NCBI GenBank assembly: GCA_963826115.1
Contig: CAWGVS010000010.1
Coordinates: 541,444-605,443, forward strand
Origin: an uncultured Candidatus Rokubacteria bacterium
Lineage (GTDB): Bacteria; Methylomirabilota; Methylomirabilia; Rokubacteriales; DASRDR01
Direction: 5' to 3'
Length of the DNA stretch: 64,000 bases
The translations under genes were made by a program, and so were the position numbers. Under the pieces are notes generated by a model. The model had not been told where the DNA came from and did not search any database. It was given only the letters and a program-made list of their open reading frames with translations. Of this stretch, positions 1 to 10,000 are shown one piece after another. The first letter of the stretch is position 1; each line of letters opens with the position of its first letter.

Positions 1-189
1 GTGAGCATCAGGGTCAGGCGCACGGCGCTCGCGACGCGCCGTCTCGGACGGCGCGAGCTCAAGCCCTTCACGAGCTGGAACGACGGCGGCTCCCGAACGG
101 AGCTCAACTTCAAGTTCTACCGCCAGGCGACGAACAAGATCGTGGGCATCTCGGACCGAGCGGCGACATTCCTCGACGGCTACTTCTGA
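1..189 (+). CDS. 3' end of an unidentified gene (truncated by window edge)
   Basis: Open frame from base 1 to TGA with GC3-rich codons; no recognisable motif. Confidence 0.5.
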   Translation: MSIRVRRTALATRRLGRRELKPFTSWNDGGSRTELNFKFYRQATNKIVGISDRAATFLDGYF

Positions 190-340
190 CCGTAGGGTGG
201 TCAGGAGGGGTCGCGCCCAAGCGCGCGCGAGTCGCTCCTGACCGCGGAGTCGAGCGCGGCTCTCGGGGTCAGTCGATGACCTCGTCGATGCGGGCCAAGA
301 GGGACGGTGGCACCTCGAGGCCCGGTGTCTTGGCCCTCTT

Positions 341-372
341 CTGGTTGACCACGAACTGGTTGACCACGAACT
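341..372. repeat. 15-bp tandem direct repeat (CTGGTTGACCACGAA x2)
   Basis: Exact copies at 341-355 and 356-370, then CT. Confidence 0.85.
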
Positions 373-445
373 CGAACCGGCTCGACTGTCCGACCGGACG
401 GTCGGCGGGCTTGGCGCCCTTGAGAATCCGCCCGGCATTCCGAGC

Positions 446-492
446 TTGACACCGGCAGAGCCATTGACGTAACTAACTAATGGGTTAACTAG
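446..492 (+). promoter_or_regulatory. Putative sigma70 promoter with AT-rich imperfect palindrome (candidate TetR operator)
   Basis: TTGACA 446-451 and TTGACG 464-469; TAACTAAC-TAATGG-GTTAACTA at 470-491 in GC-rich DNA; TetR gene in the downstream operon. Confidence 0.6.
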
Positions 493-614
493 AGCGCGGC
501 ACCGGCAGACCGGGAGCGGCTGATCGGGCCCCCCTCCTGGGCTGCCGCCCCATCGACGGAGCCCGGGACGGCGGCGAGCGGACGCCGCGGACGCGAAGCA
601 GGGAGGACCCACCG

Positions 615-2366
615 ATGACCGGAGCCGAGTTCGTCGCGGAGTGCCTCAGCCGGGAGGGCGTCTCGAAGGTCTTCGGCCAGTGCGGCCACACGAACCTCGC
701 CCTGATCGACGCCCTCCCCAAGGTGGGGATCGACTTCGTATCCTTCCGGCACGAGCAGCTGGCCGCGCACGCCGCCGACGCGTACTTCCGCGTGTCGCAC
801 AAGCTCGCGGTCGTTCTGGTGCACCTCTCCCCGGGCCTCACGAACGCCCTCACCGGCGTGGTGACGGCCGCCGCGGATCTGACGCCGATGGTCGTGATCT
901 CGGGTAACACGCCGGCGTACAACCACGCCCGCGACGGGCACCAGTGCATCCGCTTCCACGCGGACGCCTCGCAGGGCGACATCTTCCGGCCGCTCTGCAA
1001 GCGGGTGTGGCGGGTGGACGACCCCGAGCTCCTGCCCGACGTGATGCCGCGCGCGCTGAACCTCGCCCAGAGCGGGCGGCCCGGGGCGGTGCTGATCGAC
1101 GTGCCGATGGACGTCTTCTCGCGCCAGGTGAAGGGCCGCGTGCCGGACTTGCGGAGCCGGCGGCCGGGCCGGCACCGGGCGGCCGGGGCCGACGCCGCGA
1201 TCGCCGAGGCCGCCGACCTCTTGCTCCAGGCGACCCGTCCCGTGATCTTCGCCGGTAACGGCGTCCACCTCTCGGAGGCCTGGAGCGAGCTCAGGGATCT
1301 CGCCGAGCACGCCGGCATCCCGGTGGCGACGACGCTCATGGGGAAAGGCGCCTTTCCGGAGGACCACCCGCTGTCGGTCGGCATGACCGGCATCTGGGGC
1401 ACGCGGCTCGCCAACGAGACGACCCGGGGCGCGGACGTCATCCTGGCGGTCGGCACCGGATTCGGCGAGGCCGACTGCAGCTCCTGGAACCCCCAGTACA
1501 CCTTCGCGATCCCACCGTCCCGCCTGATCCAGATCGACGCCGATCCGCCCGAGATCGGCAAGACCTACCCAGTCGAGGTGGGCATCGTGGGCGACGCGAA
1601 GGCGAGCCTGGCCAAGCTCCTGGAGCGGATCCGGGCGCGGACGCCGCGCGTCGACTGGCAAGGGTCACGCCGGGCCGCCGAGCTCGAGACGGTGCGGAAG
1701 GGGTGGCTCGGCGACCTCGCGGAGAGCCAGCGTGACGGCGGCCGACCCATCCACCCGGCGCGGCTCCTCGCCGAGCTGAACCGGGCCCTCCCGGAGGACG
1801 CCATCGTCGTCACCGACGTCGGCTGGAACAAGAACGGCGCGGGCCAGCAGCTCGTGACGCGGCGGCCGCTCACCTTCATCACGAGCGGCGGCATGGCGAC
1901 CATGGGGTACGCGCCGGCGGCCGCGATCGGGGCCAAGATCGCCTGTCCGCGCCAGCCGGTCGTCGCGCTGGTCGGGGACGGCGGCTTCATGTCCACCTGC
2001 GGCGCGCTCGCGACCGCGGTGGAGCTGGGGACGCCGGTCGTGTGGGTGCTCTTCAACAACTACTGCTTCTCGACGATCCGCACGATGGGCGAGGCCTACT
2101 TCAAGAGCACGTACGGCACCGAGTTCACGACGCCCGACGGCCAGCCGTACAACCCCGACTTCCAGCTCCTGGCGAAGGCCCACGGCATCGAGGCGCGACT
2201 GGTCGAGGATCCCGACGAGCTCCCGCGCGTCCTGCGGGAGTGCCTCGCCCTCAATGCGCCCTGCGTGCTCGAGGTCCGGACGCGGGGCGACCTGCCGATG
2301 CCCAGGACCGGTTACTGGGACATCGCCGAGTTCCTCACGCCCGACCGGGCGGGCATCGGCGACTGA
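615..2366 (+). CDS. Thiamine diphosphate-dependent enzyme (acetolactate synthase-like superfamily)
   Basis: FRHEQ catalytic Glu, SGRPGAVLIDVP, GDGG...NN ThDP motif; RBS GGGAGG. Confidence 0.92.
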   Translation: MTGAEFVAECLSREGVSKVFGQCGHTNLALIDALPKVGIDFVSFRHEQLAAHAADAYFRVSHKLAVVLVHLSPGLTNALTGVVTAAADLTPMVVISGNTPAYNHARDGHQCIRFHADASQGDIFRPLCKRVWRVDDPELLPDVMPRALNLAQSGRPGAVLIDVPMDVFSRQVKGRVPDLRSRRPGRHRAAGADAAIAEAADLLLQATRPVIFAGNGVHLSEAWSELRDLAEHAGIPVATTLMGKGAFPEDHPLSVGMTGIWGTRLANETTRGADVILAVGTGFGEADCSSWNPQYTFAIPPSRLIQIDADPPEIGKTYPVEVGIVGDAKASLAKLLERIRARTPRVDWQGSRRAAELETVRKGWLGDLAESQRDGGRPIHPARLLAELNRALPEDAIVVTDVGWNKNGAGQQLVTRRPLTFITSGGMATMGYAPAAAIGAKIACPRQPVVALVGDGGFMSTCGALATAVELGTPVVWVLFNNYCFSTIRTMGEAYFKSTYGTEFTTPDGQPYNPDFQLLAKAHGIEARLVEDPDELPRVLRECLALNAPCVLEVRTRGDLPMPRTGYWDIAEFLTPDRAGIGD

Positions 2367-2368
2367 CC

Positions 2369-3409
2369 ATGCAGGCGTTCGTGAAGACGGCCCCGGGCAA
2401 GGGGAACATGGAGCTCCGGGACGTGCCCATCCCCGTGCCTCTGGCCGGCGAGGCGCTCGTCGAGGTCGTCCGGTCCGGCGTGTGCGGGACGGAGGTGCTC
2501 GTCCACGACGATCTGTACCGGGGACGGAACCGGCCGATGCCGTTCCCCCTCATCGTCGGGCACGAGGCGTCCGGACTCGTCGTGGAGCTCGGCCCCGGGA
2601 CGGCCGGTCCCCGGCCCGGCACGCGCGTCGCCCTGGAAGGCGTCAGTGGCTGCGGCGCGTGCTTCCACTGTCTGCGGGGGAGCTACAACCTCTGCCAGGA
2701 CTGGCACCACATCGGCCTCACGCGGGCCGGGGCGCTCGCCGAGTTCGCGACGGTGCCCGTCTCGTCGCTGGTCCCGGTCCCCGATGACGTGTCGCTCGAG
2801 AGCGCCGCCATGCTGGAGCCGTTCTCGAACGCGATGCACACGCTCGAGCGCCTCAAGCCGGCGCCCGGCCAGCCGGCCGCCATCATCGGCCCCGGCCCGC
2901 TGGGGCTCCTCAATCTCCTGGTGCTCCGGGCGGCCGGCGCGGCGCCGCTCGTCGTCCTCGGGCGGCGAGGGGACGAGCCGCGCCTGGAGCTGGCCCGGGC
3001 GCTGGGGGCCGACGTCGCCGTCGTCGCGGACCGGAAGGCGGCCCAGGAGCGCGTCGCCGAGCTCACGGGGGGGATCGGCATGGCGATCGTGGTCGAGGCC
3101 GGGGGAACCTCGGAGGCCGTCCAGACCGCGCTCGACATCGTGGCCGGCAACGGATTCCTGGTGACCCTCGGGCTCGCGCGGTCCACGGAGATCGACGCGC
3201 TCACGGTCGTGCGGAAGAACCTCGTGTGGCTCGGCGTCGTGGCGGCGGTCCGGCGGCACTACGCCGAGGCCATCCGGCTGATCCAGAGCGGCAAGGTCGA
3301 GCTCGAGCGCCTCATCACGCACCGCATGCCCCTCGCCGAAGCGGCGTCGGCCGTCCCGGCGATGCGCAGCGGGGACGCGGTCAAGATCATGTTCGCGCCG
3401 GGAGCCTGA
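2369..3409 (+). CDS. Zn-dependent medium-chain dehydrogenase
   Basis: MQAFVK start; GVCGTE, GHE, CGACFHC...C, GPGPLG. Confidence 0.92.
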   Translation: MQAFVKTAPGKGNMELRDVPIPVPLAGEALVEVVRSGVCGTEVLVHDDLYRGRNRPMPFPLIVGHEASGLVVELGPGTAGPRPGTRVALEGVSGCGACFHCLRGSYNLCQDWHHIGLTRAGALAEFATVPVSSLVPVPDDVSLESAAMLEPFSNAMHTLERLKPAPGQPAAIIGPGPLGLLNLLVLRAAGAAPLVVLGRRGDEPRLELARALGADVAVVADRKAAQERVAELTGGIGMAIVVEAGGTSEAVQTALDIVAGNGFLVTLGLARSTEIDALTVVRKNLVWLGVVAAVRRHYAEAIRLIQSGKVELERLITHRMPLAEAASAVPAMRSGDAVKIMFAPGA

Positions 3410-3413
3410 CGGC

Positions 3414-4499
3414 GTGCTCGCGCTGGTCAAGGGCCGCGACGCTGCGGAGGCACCGGAGGTGACGGACCTGCCGGTCCCGAGCCCCGGGCCGGGCGAGGTC
3501 CTCGTGAAGATGGGGGCGGCCGGCCTCTGCTACAGCGACGTGATGATCCTGAAGAACCAGTACACCGGCCGCGTCCCGGTGCCGGTCCCGGTGGTGATGG
3601 GTCACGAGGGTGCGGGCGTCGTCGCCGCGGTGGGCCCGGGGGTCACGAGCCTCCGGGAGGGCGACCGGGTCGGGCTGAATCCGTCCTGGGGGTGCGGCCA
3701 GTGCTCGCACTGCATGGACGGCAGCCCGAACATGTGTCAGAGCTGGCGGCACCTCGGCATCACGCGCGACGGCACGTTTTCCGAGTATCGCGTCGTGCCC
3801 GCGTTCGCGGCCTGCAAGCTGCCCGACGGCGTCTCGATGGCCGAGGCCGCGGTGCTCGAGCCCGTCATGCTCGCCGTCCGGACGCTCGAGCATCTGCGCC
3901 CGCGCGTCGGGGATTCGGTGGCGATCATCGGCCCGGGCTCCATCGGCCTGTTCCACCTGCAGGCGTTCAAGGCGGCCGGCGCCTCCCTCGTCATCGTCAT
4001 CGGGCTCGACCAGGACTCCGCACGGCTCGAGATCGCCCGGAGGCTGGGGGCCGACCACATCGTCAACGCGAGCCGCGAGGACGTGGTGCAGCGGGTCCGC
4101 GAGCTCACCGGGGGCCTCGGGTGCGACATCGTGGTGGAGGCGGCCAACCATCCCTCCACGGTCGGGCAGGCCATCGACCTCGCCAGCGCCTACGGGCGGG
4201 TGATGCTCTTCGGACTCTATCGCGAGGCGACCGTCAGCCCCCTGACCCTCATGCGCAAGGGGGTCACCGTGATGGGAGACGTCGCGGGAACGCTCCGCTG
4301 GTACCAGCGGGCCATCCGGTGGGTGCAGTACAAGAAGATCGCGGTCGAGCCCCTGATCACCGAGCGATTCCGCCTCGACCAGGCGAAGCAGGCCTTCGAC
4401 GCGTTCCGGGAGCATCGGAGCGTGAAGGTGCTCTTCTCCATGTCGGAGACCGAGGAGGCGGCCCGACACCGACCCGCGCCCCATCCGTCGGTGACCTGA
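3414..4499 (+). CDS. Zn-dependent medium-chain dehydrogenase (second paralog)
   Basis: GLCYSD, GHEGAG, CGQCSHC...C, GPGSIG. Confidence 0.92.
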   Translation: MLALVKGRDAAEAPEVTDLPVPSPGPGEVLVKMGAAGLCYSDVMILKNQYTGRVPVPVPVVMGHEGAGVVAAVGPGVTSLREGDRVGLNPSWGCGQCSHCMDGSPNMCQSWRHLGITRDGTFSEYRVVPAFAACKLPDGVSMAEAAVLEPVMLAVRTLEHLRPRVGDSVAIIGPGSIGLFHLQAFKAAGASLVIVIGLDQDSARLEIARRLGADHIVNASREDVVQRVRELTGGLGCDIVVEAANHPSTVGQAIDLASAYGRVMLFGLYREATVSPLTLMRKGVTVMGDVAGTLRWYQRAIRWVQYKKIAVEPLITERFRLDQAKQAFDAFREHRSVKVLFSMSETEEAARHRPAPHPSVT

Positions 4500-4537
4500 T
4501 CGATCCATCCCCGCGCACCCTCAAAGAGGAGGACAGC

Positions 4538-5533
4538 ATGCACTCTGACCTCGCGATGACCCGCCGCTCGGCCCTCAAGGCCGGGGCCGCCCTCGCCGCC
4601 GCGTACGCCCTGCCGGCCTGGGCGCAGGCCAAGCCCACCCTCCGCTTCGCGGCGGTGTTCTCGGACAAGGACATCCGCGCCGGCATGATCGAGAGGCTGG
4701 TGAAGGACGTCGAGGGCGACTTCAAGATCGAGCCCTTCTACAACGGCTCGCTGTTCAAGCAGGGGACGGAGCTGGTCGCTCTCCAGCGCAACAACCTGGA
4801 GCTCGGCAACATCGCGCCGCAGGACATCTCCAACCAGCTCCCGGCGTGGTCGATCCTGACCTCGGCCTACCTCTTCCGGGACGCCGACCACCTGAACGCC
4901 TTCTTCGCGAGCGACATCGGCGCGCAGATGAAGAAGATGGTCGAGGACGAGCTCAAGGTGAGGATCCTGGGACCGACCTTCTTCGGCACCCGGCAAGTCG
5001 GGCTCAAGCCGAAGAAGAAGATCACGACGCCGGCGGACATGGCCGGCATCAAGCTCCGCATGCCCGGTGGCGACGCCTGGCAGTTCCTCGGCCGGTCGCT
5101 CGGCGCGAACCCCACGCCCATGGCCTACGCCGAGGTCTACACGGGGCTCCAGAGCGGCGCGATCGACGGCCAGGACAACCCGCTGCCGAACGTCCAGAAC
5201 ATGAAGTTCTACGAGGTGATGTCGCAGATCGTGCTGACCTCGCACCTGGTCGGCTTCGACCTGCTGACGATCAACCTGAAGACCTGGCAGGGCATGTCGC
5301 CCGCCCAGCAGAAGTCCTTCCAGGCCGCGGCCGACAAGGCGATCGCCTGGAGCGCGAGCGAGCACCTGAAGCGCGAGGCGGAGCTCGCCGACTTCCTCAA
5401 GAAGCAGGGCCTCGAGATCTACACCCCCGACGTCAAGGCATTCCGCGAGTACGCCCAGAAGATGTACATGGGCTCGGACCAGGCGAAGACCTGGCCGGCC
5501 GGCATGCTCGACAAGATCAACGCGCTGAAGTAG
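4538..5533 (+). CDS. dctP: TRAP transporter solute-binding protein with Tat signal
   Basis: TRRSALK twin-arginine leader; KLRMP, EVYTGLQSGAIDGQDNP; RBS GAGGAGG. Confidence 0.93.
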   Translation: MHSDLAMTRRSALKAGAALAAAYALPAWAQAKPTLRFAAVFSDKDIRAGMIERLVKDVEGDFKIEPFYNGSLFKQGTELVALQRNNLELGNIAPQDISNQLPAWSILTSAYLFRDADHLNAFFASDIGAQMKKMVEDELKVRILGPTFFGTRQVGLKPKKKITTPADMAGIKLRMPGGDAWQFLGRSLGANPTPMAYAEVYTGLQSGAIDGQDNPLPNVQNMKFYEVMSQIVLTSHLVGFDLLTINLKTWQGMSPAQQKSFQAAADKAIAWSASEHLKREAELADFLKKQGLEIYTPDVKAFREYAQKMYMGSDQAKTWPAGMLDKINALK

Positions 5534-5540
5534 GTCCGCG

Positions 5541-5574
5541 CGCCTGCCGCCGGCCCTCCGGGCGGCGGCAGGCG
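5541..5574 (+). terminator. GC-rich stem-loop between dctP and dctQ (mRNA stabiliser or partial terminator)
   Basis: CGCCTGCCGCC 5541-5551 pairs with GGCGGCAGGCG 5564-5574; no U tract. Confidence 0.55.
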
Positions 5575-5609
5575 TACCCACTCCGCGGTCCCCGGGAGCG
5601 ACGACTCTC

Positions 5610-6131
5610 GTGACGCATCCATCGATGAAGCGGGCCGGCGGCTGGCTGCGGCGCCGGGCCGAGAACGTCCTGGCCGCCATGCTCGCGGTCATGTTCGTGG
5701 CCTTCATCGTCCAGATCGTGTTCCGGTATCTCCTGAACTTCCCGATCGGCTGGTCGTCCGAGCTGACGGTCATCACCTGGCTCTGGGGCGTGCTCTGGGG
5801 CGCGGCCTTCGTCCTGAAGGAGAGCGAGGAGATCCGCTTCGACATCGTCCACGGCGCGGTCGGCCCCCGCGCCCGCCGCGCGATGGGCGTGGTCACCGGG
5901 ATCGCGATCCTGGCGCTGTACGTCCTGTCGTTGAAGCCGAGCTTCGAGTACGTGCGGTTCATGAAGGTCGAGAAGACGGCCTACCTCAAGATTCGCTTCG
6001 ACTACCTGTACTCCATCTACCTCCTCTTCGCCGTCGCGGTGATCGTCCGGTACGCGTGGATCCTCTGGGGCTTGCTGCGCGGCAATCAGCCGGCCGCGCC
6101 GCCGTCGGACGGCGTGAGCTCCGGCCTGTGA
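5610..6131 (+). CDS. dctQ: TRAP transporter small permease
   Basis: QIVFRY...GWSSEL motif, 4 hydrophobic segments. Confidence 0.9.
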   Translation: MTHPSMKRAGGWLRRRAENVLAAMLAVMFVAFIVQIVFRYLLNFPIGWSSELTVITWLWGVLWGAAFVLKESEEIRFDIVHGAVGPRARRAMGVVTGIAILALYVLSLKPSFEYVRFMKVEKTAYLKIRFDYLYSIYLLFAVAVIVRYAWILWGLLRGNQPAAPPSDGVSSGL

Positions 6132-7429
6132 GCCCGGCCAGCCCGTTCTCCCTGTGCCTGATGGCGATCGTGGCCTTGAGCCTGCTCGGGCTGCCGATCG
6201 GGCACGCGATGATCGGCGCCTCGGTGCTGTACCTCTACCTGGCCGGCCTCGACGTGGGCACCGCCGCCGAGCAGCTGCTGAACGGCATGTACCGGAGCGA
6301 CGTGCTTCTGGCGATCCCGCTGTTCATCCTGGCCGCCGAGTTCATGAACATCGGGAGCATCACCGAGCGGCTCCTCCGATTCTGCGACGCGCTGGTGGGC
6401 CGCTTCCGGGGCGGACTCGCCCACGTCAACGTCGTGCAGAGCATCATCTTCGCCGGCATGTCGGGCTCGGCCCTCGCGGACGCCGCGGCCTCCGGGAAGC
6501 TGATGCAGCGGATGATGACGCAGGACGGGAAGTACCCGGCGAGCTTCGCCGCCGCCCTGACGGCGGCGTCGTCGGTCATCGGCCCCATCATCCCGCCGTC
6601 GATCCCGATGGTGATCTACGCGCTGGTGTCCGACACCTCCGTCGGCTACCTCTTCCTCGGCGGCGTCGTCCCCGGCCTGCTCCTGGGCCTCTCGCAGATG
6701 GGACTGGTCGCGGTCACCGCCCGGAGGCGGAACTTTCCGGTCGAGGCGCCGGTCCCGCTCCGTGCGCTGCCCGGGATCACGTGGCGGTCCTTGCCCGCGC
6801 TGATGATGCCCGTCGTGCTGCTGGGCGGGATCTACAGCGGGGTGACCACGCCCACGGAGGCCGCGGCGGTCGCCGCCGCGTACGCCCTGCTCGTGTCGGC
6901 CGCGCTCGACCGCAGCATCGGCTGGCGTGACCTGTACCTCGCGGTGCTGAACAGCGCGCGGATGACCGCGTCGATCGGCATCCTGATCGCCGCCGCCCTC
7001 GTCTTCAACTACGTCGTCACGGTGGAGAACGTCCCCAAGGCGCTCGCCGCGATGCTGCAGGGCGTCCAGTTCTCGCCGCTGATGTTCCTGCTGGCGGTCA
7101 ACGTCATCCTGCTGGTTCTCGGCTGCTTTCTGGAGGGCACGACGATCATCCTGATCATCGTGCCGGTCCTGCTCCCCACCGCCCGGGCGCTGGGGATCGA
7201 CCCCGTGCACCTCGGGGTCGTCGCGGTGGTGAACATCATGCTCGGCCTGATCACGCCGCCCTACGGCCTCCTGCTCTTCCTCATGGTGAAGATCGCCGAG
7301 GTGCCGCTGAAGAACCTGGTGCGCGACGTCCTGCCGTTTCTCGGCGCCATGGCCATGGTGCTCCTGCTGATCACCGTCTTCCCGGATCTTGTACTCTATT
7401 TGCCCCGGCTCCTGGGCTACACGGGCTGA
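6128..7429 (+). CDS. dctM: TRAP transporter large permease
   Basis: LLAIPLFILA, GMSGSALADA, IIPPSIPMVIY, TPTEAA, ITPPYG; GTGA overlap with dctQ. Confidence 0.93.
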   Translation: MSPASPFSLCLMAIVALSLLGLPIGHAMIGASVLYLYLAGLDVGTAAEQLLNGMYRSDVLLAIPLFILAAEFMNIGSITERLLRFCDALVGRFRGGLAHVNVVQSIIFAGMSGSALADAAASGKLMQRMMTQDGKYPASFAAALTAASSVIGPIIPPSIPMVIYALVSDTSVGYLFLGGVVPGLLLGLSQMGLVAVTARRRNFPVEAPVPLRALPGITWRSLPALMMPVVLLGGIYSGVTTPTEAAAVAAAYALLVSAALDRSIGWRDLYLAVLNSARMTASIGILIAAALVFNYVVTVENVPKALAAMLQGVQFSPLMFLLAVNVILLVLGCFLEGTTIILIIVPVLLPTARALGIDPVHLGVVAVVNIMLGLITPPYGLLLFLMVKIAEVPLKNLVRDVLPFLGAMAMVLLLITVFPDLVLYLPRLLGYTG

Positions 7430-7452
7430 GCGGGCCGGGAGAAGGGACGGCG

Positions 7453-7887
7453 ATGACCAAGCCGATCTACGTCCTCAACGGACCGAACCTGAACCGGCTC
7501 GGGAAGCGGGAGCCGGAGATCTACGGCACGACGACGCTCGCCGAGATCGAGGCGATGTGCCGGAAGGCGGCGGGCGACCGCCCGATCGAGTTCCGGCAGT
7601 CGAACGCCGAGCACGAGATCGTCGACTGGATCCACGAGGCGATCGACCGGGGGGCCGGGATCGTCATCAATCCCGCGGGCCTCACGTTCCGGTCGATCCC
7701 GATCCTCGACGCGCTGAAGATGTTTCCGGGGCCGATCTTCGAGCTGCACATCTCGAACATCCACCGGCGCGAGGAGATCTACCAGCACTCGCTGATGTCT
7801 CGCGCGGTGACCGCGGTCCTCATGGGGCTGGGCGCGGACGGCTATCCCACGGCGGTGGCCGCCATGGTCCGGCTCCTCGGGAAGTAG
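7453..7887 (+). CDS. aroQ: Type II 3-dehydroquinate dehydratase
   Basis: LNGPNLNRLGKREPEIYG and ELHISNIHRRE signatures. Confidence 0.93.
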   Translation: MTKPIYVLNGPNLNRLGKREPEIYGTTTLAEIEAMCRKAAGDRPIEFRQSNAEHEIVDWIHEAIDRGAGIVINPAGLTFRSIPILDALKMFPGPIFELHISNIHRREEIYQHSLMSRAVTAVLMGLGADGYPTAVAAMVRLLGK

Positions 7888-8034
7888 GGACGCGGTCGCA
7901 CGGCCGGTGGGGCGTGCCGGATCGTGGCATCGCCGCCGGGGATTGCGTCGCGGCCGGTGGGGTACCATCGGGGCGGCCGAGGGAAGCCGGGACGCGGAGA
8001 CGATTCGGAGCGCGCGGCGCGAGGACCGGGAGAG

Positions 8035-8688
8035 ATGAGAGCCAAGGATCGGCAAGGCCTGCCTCCGGCGCCCCGGCGGCGGAACGCCGAGCGCACGCGG
8101 GCCGAGATCCTCGCGGCGGCGATCCGGGAGTTCTCCGAGCGCGGCCTGAACGGCGCCCGCGTCGACAGCATCGCCGCCCGTACCCGCACCAACAAGCGGA
8201 TGATCTACTACTACTTCAAGAGCAAGCGGCAGCTCTTCATCGCCGTGCTCGAGGACGCGTACCGGCGGATCCGCGATGCGGAGCGCGCCCTTCGCCTCGA
8301 CGACCTGCCGCCGCTCATGGCCATGCGGCTCCTGGTCGAGTTCACGTGCGACTACCACTGGAAGAACCCGGAGTTCGCCAAGCTGGTGGCGATCGAGAAC
8401 GTCCAGAAGGGGCGAAACATCGCCCGCGCGGGGTCGATCATCGGGCTCAACACCTCGATCGTCGACGCGACGGCGAAGGTCCTCCGGCGGGGCGCGGACG
8501 AGGGGGTGTTCCGCGAGGGCATCGACTCGGTGGAGCTCCACATGACCATCAGCGCGCTGCCGCTGTTCCACATCACCAACCGCTACACGTTCGGCACGAT
8601 CTTCCGCCACGACATGTCGTCGCCGGAGGCACTGGCCGCGCGCCGGCGGGAGATCGTGGACATCGTCCTCAGATACGTGAGTGCCTGA
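8035..8688 (+). CDS. TetR family regulator (RutR/NicS-like)
   Basis: EFSERGLNGARVDSIAARTRTNKRMIYYYFKSK HTH; NRYTFGTIF C-terminal motif. Confidence 0.92.
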   Translation: MRAKDRQGLPPAPRRRNAERTRAEILAAAIREFSERGLNGARVDSIAARTRTNKRMIYYYFKSKRQLFIAVLEDAYRRIRDAERALRLDDLPPLMAMRLLVEFTCDYHWKNPEFAKLVAIENVQKGRNIARAGSIIGLNTSIVDATAKVLRRGADEGVFREGIDSVELHMTISALPLFHITNRYTFGTIFRHDMSSPEALAARRREIVDIVLRYVSA

Positions 8689-10000
8689 CGCCATGCCCCC
8701 GCCCGGCGCGGGCGAGGCCGTCGCCGTGACCCGCGTCGGTGAGGCGGGCCAGCGCGGCGCGCGCGCGCGCTCGGACTGCTGGGTGCGCGTGGAGATCCGC
8801 GACGGGGGCGGGCTCGACCTCGCCGTCCGCTCGAAGGTCGAGGCGATGTACGGCGAGGCCGTCCGGCGGACGTGCCGCCGGGTGCTGGACGCCCTCGCGG
8901 TGCGGCACGCCGCGGTGACGGTCGAGGACCAGGGCGCCCTCGACTACGTGCTGGCGGCGCGCGTCGAGGCCGCCGTCCGGCGCGCCGGCGCGGGCGGTGG
9001 CGCCACGTTCCTGCCCGACCCGGGACCGGGCTGGGAGGCGCGGACCGCGCGCGAGCGCCTCCGGCGCTCCCGCCTCTACCTCCCGGGCGGGGAGCCGCGG
9101 CACTTCGTGAACGCGCGGCTCCACCAGCCGGACGCGATCATCCTCGACCTGGAAGACGCGGTGGCGCCGAGCGAGAAGGACGCGGCGCGCATCCTGGTCC
9201 GGAACGCCCTCCGGGCCGTCGATTTCCGGCCGTGCGAGCGGATGGTCCGCATCAACCAGGGCGACCTCGGCCTCCAGGACGTGGACGCCGTGGCGCGCTT
9301 CAACGTCCACGCGATCCTGATTCCCAAGGCGGAGTCGGCCGAGCAGGTGAGGGCGGTGGACGCGCGGGCCGAGGCCGCGCGCCGGGCGGCCGGGCTCCCG
9401 GAGCCGTGCTTCCTCGTGCCCATCGTCGAGACGGCCCTCGGCTGCTTCAACGCGCTCGCGATCGCCTCCGCGAGCCCGAACGTGGTCGCGCTCACCATCG
9501 GCCTGGAGGACTACACGGCCGACCTGGGCGTCGAGCGGACGGCCGAGGGCCGCGAGTCGCTCTGGGCCCGTCAGACCGTGGTCAACGCCGCGCGGGCCGC
9601 GGGGGTGGCGCCGAGCGACTCGGTGTTCTCCGACGTCGCCGACCTGGACGGCCTCCGGGCGGCGGTCCTCGAGGCGAAGGCGCTCGGGTTCGAGGGGAAG
9701 GGGTGCATCCACCCACGGCAGATCCCGGTCGTCCACGCGGCCTTCGCGCCGACGCCGGACGAGATCGCGCGAGCCCAGCGGATCGTGCTCGCCTTCGAGG
9801 ACGCGACCGCGCGCGGGATCGGCGTGGTCGCGGTGGGCTCCAGGATGGTGGATCCGCCCGTCGTGAAGCGGGCGCTCCGCACGCTCCGGACGTCGGAGGA
9901 GCTCGCGCTCGTTCCGCCGGACTGGCGCGAGACCGCGCGAGTCGCGGGCGCGGCCGACGGCTCGCGGACGGAGCCGGCGGAGCGGGGCGGCGCGGAATGA
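8681..10000 (+). CDS. citE: Fused citrate lyase acyl carrier (CitD-like) plus citryl-CoA lyase (CitE) protein
   Basis: N-terminal RSDC...SKVEAMYG...EDQGALDYVLAARVEAA (CitD-like); C-terminal RRSRLYLPG, LDLEDAV, GKGCIHPRQ, MVDPPV (CitE). Confidence 0.85.
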   Translation: MPDAMPPPGAGEAVAVTRVGEAGQRGARARSDCWVRVEIRDGGGLDLAVRSKVEAMYGEAVRRTCRRVLDALAVRHAAVTVEDQGALDYVLAARVEAAVRRAGAGGGATFLPDPGPGWEARTARERLRRSRLYLPGGEPRHFVNARLHQPDAIILDLEDAVAPSEKDAARILVRNALRAVDFRPCERMVRINQGDLGLQDVDAVARFNVHAILIPKAESAEQVRAVDARAEAARRAAGLPEPCFLVPIVETALGCFNALAIASASPNVVALTIGLEDYTADLGVERTAEGRESLWARQTVVNAARAAGVAPSDSVFSDVADLDGLRAAVLEAKALGFEGKGCIHPRQIPVVHAAFAPTPDEIARAQRIVLAFEDATARGIGVVAVGSRMVDPPVVKRALRTLRTSEELALVPPDWRETARVAGAADGSRTEPAERGGAE

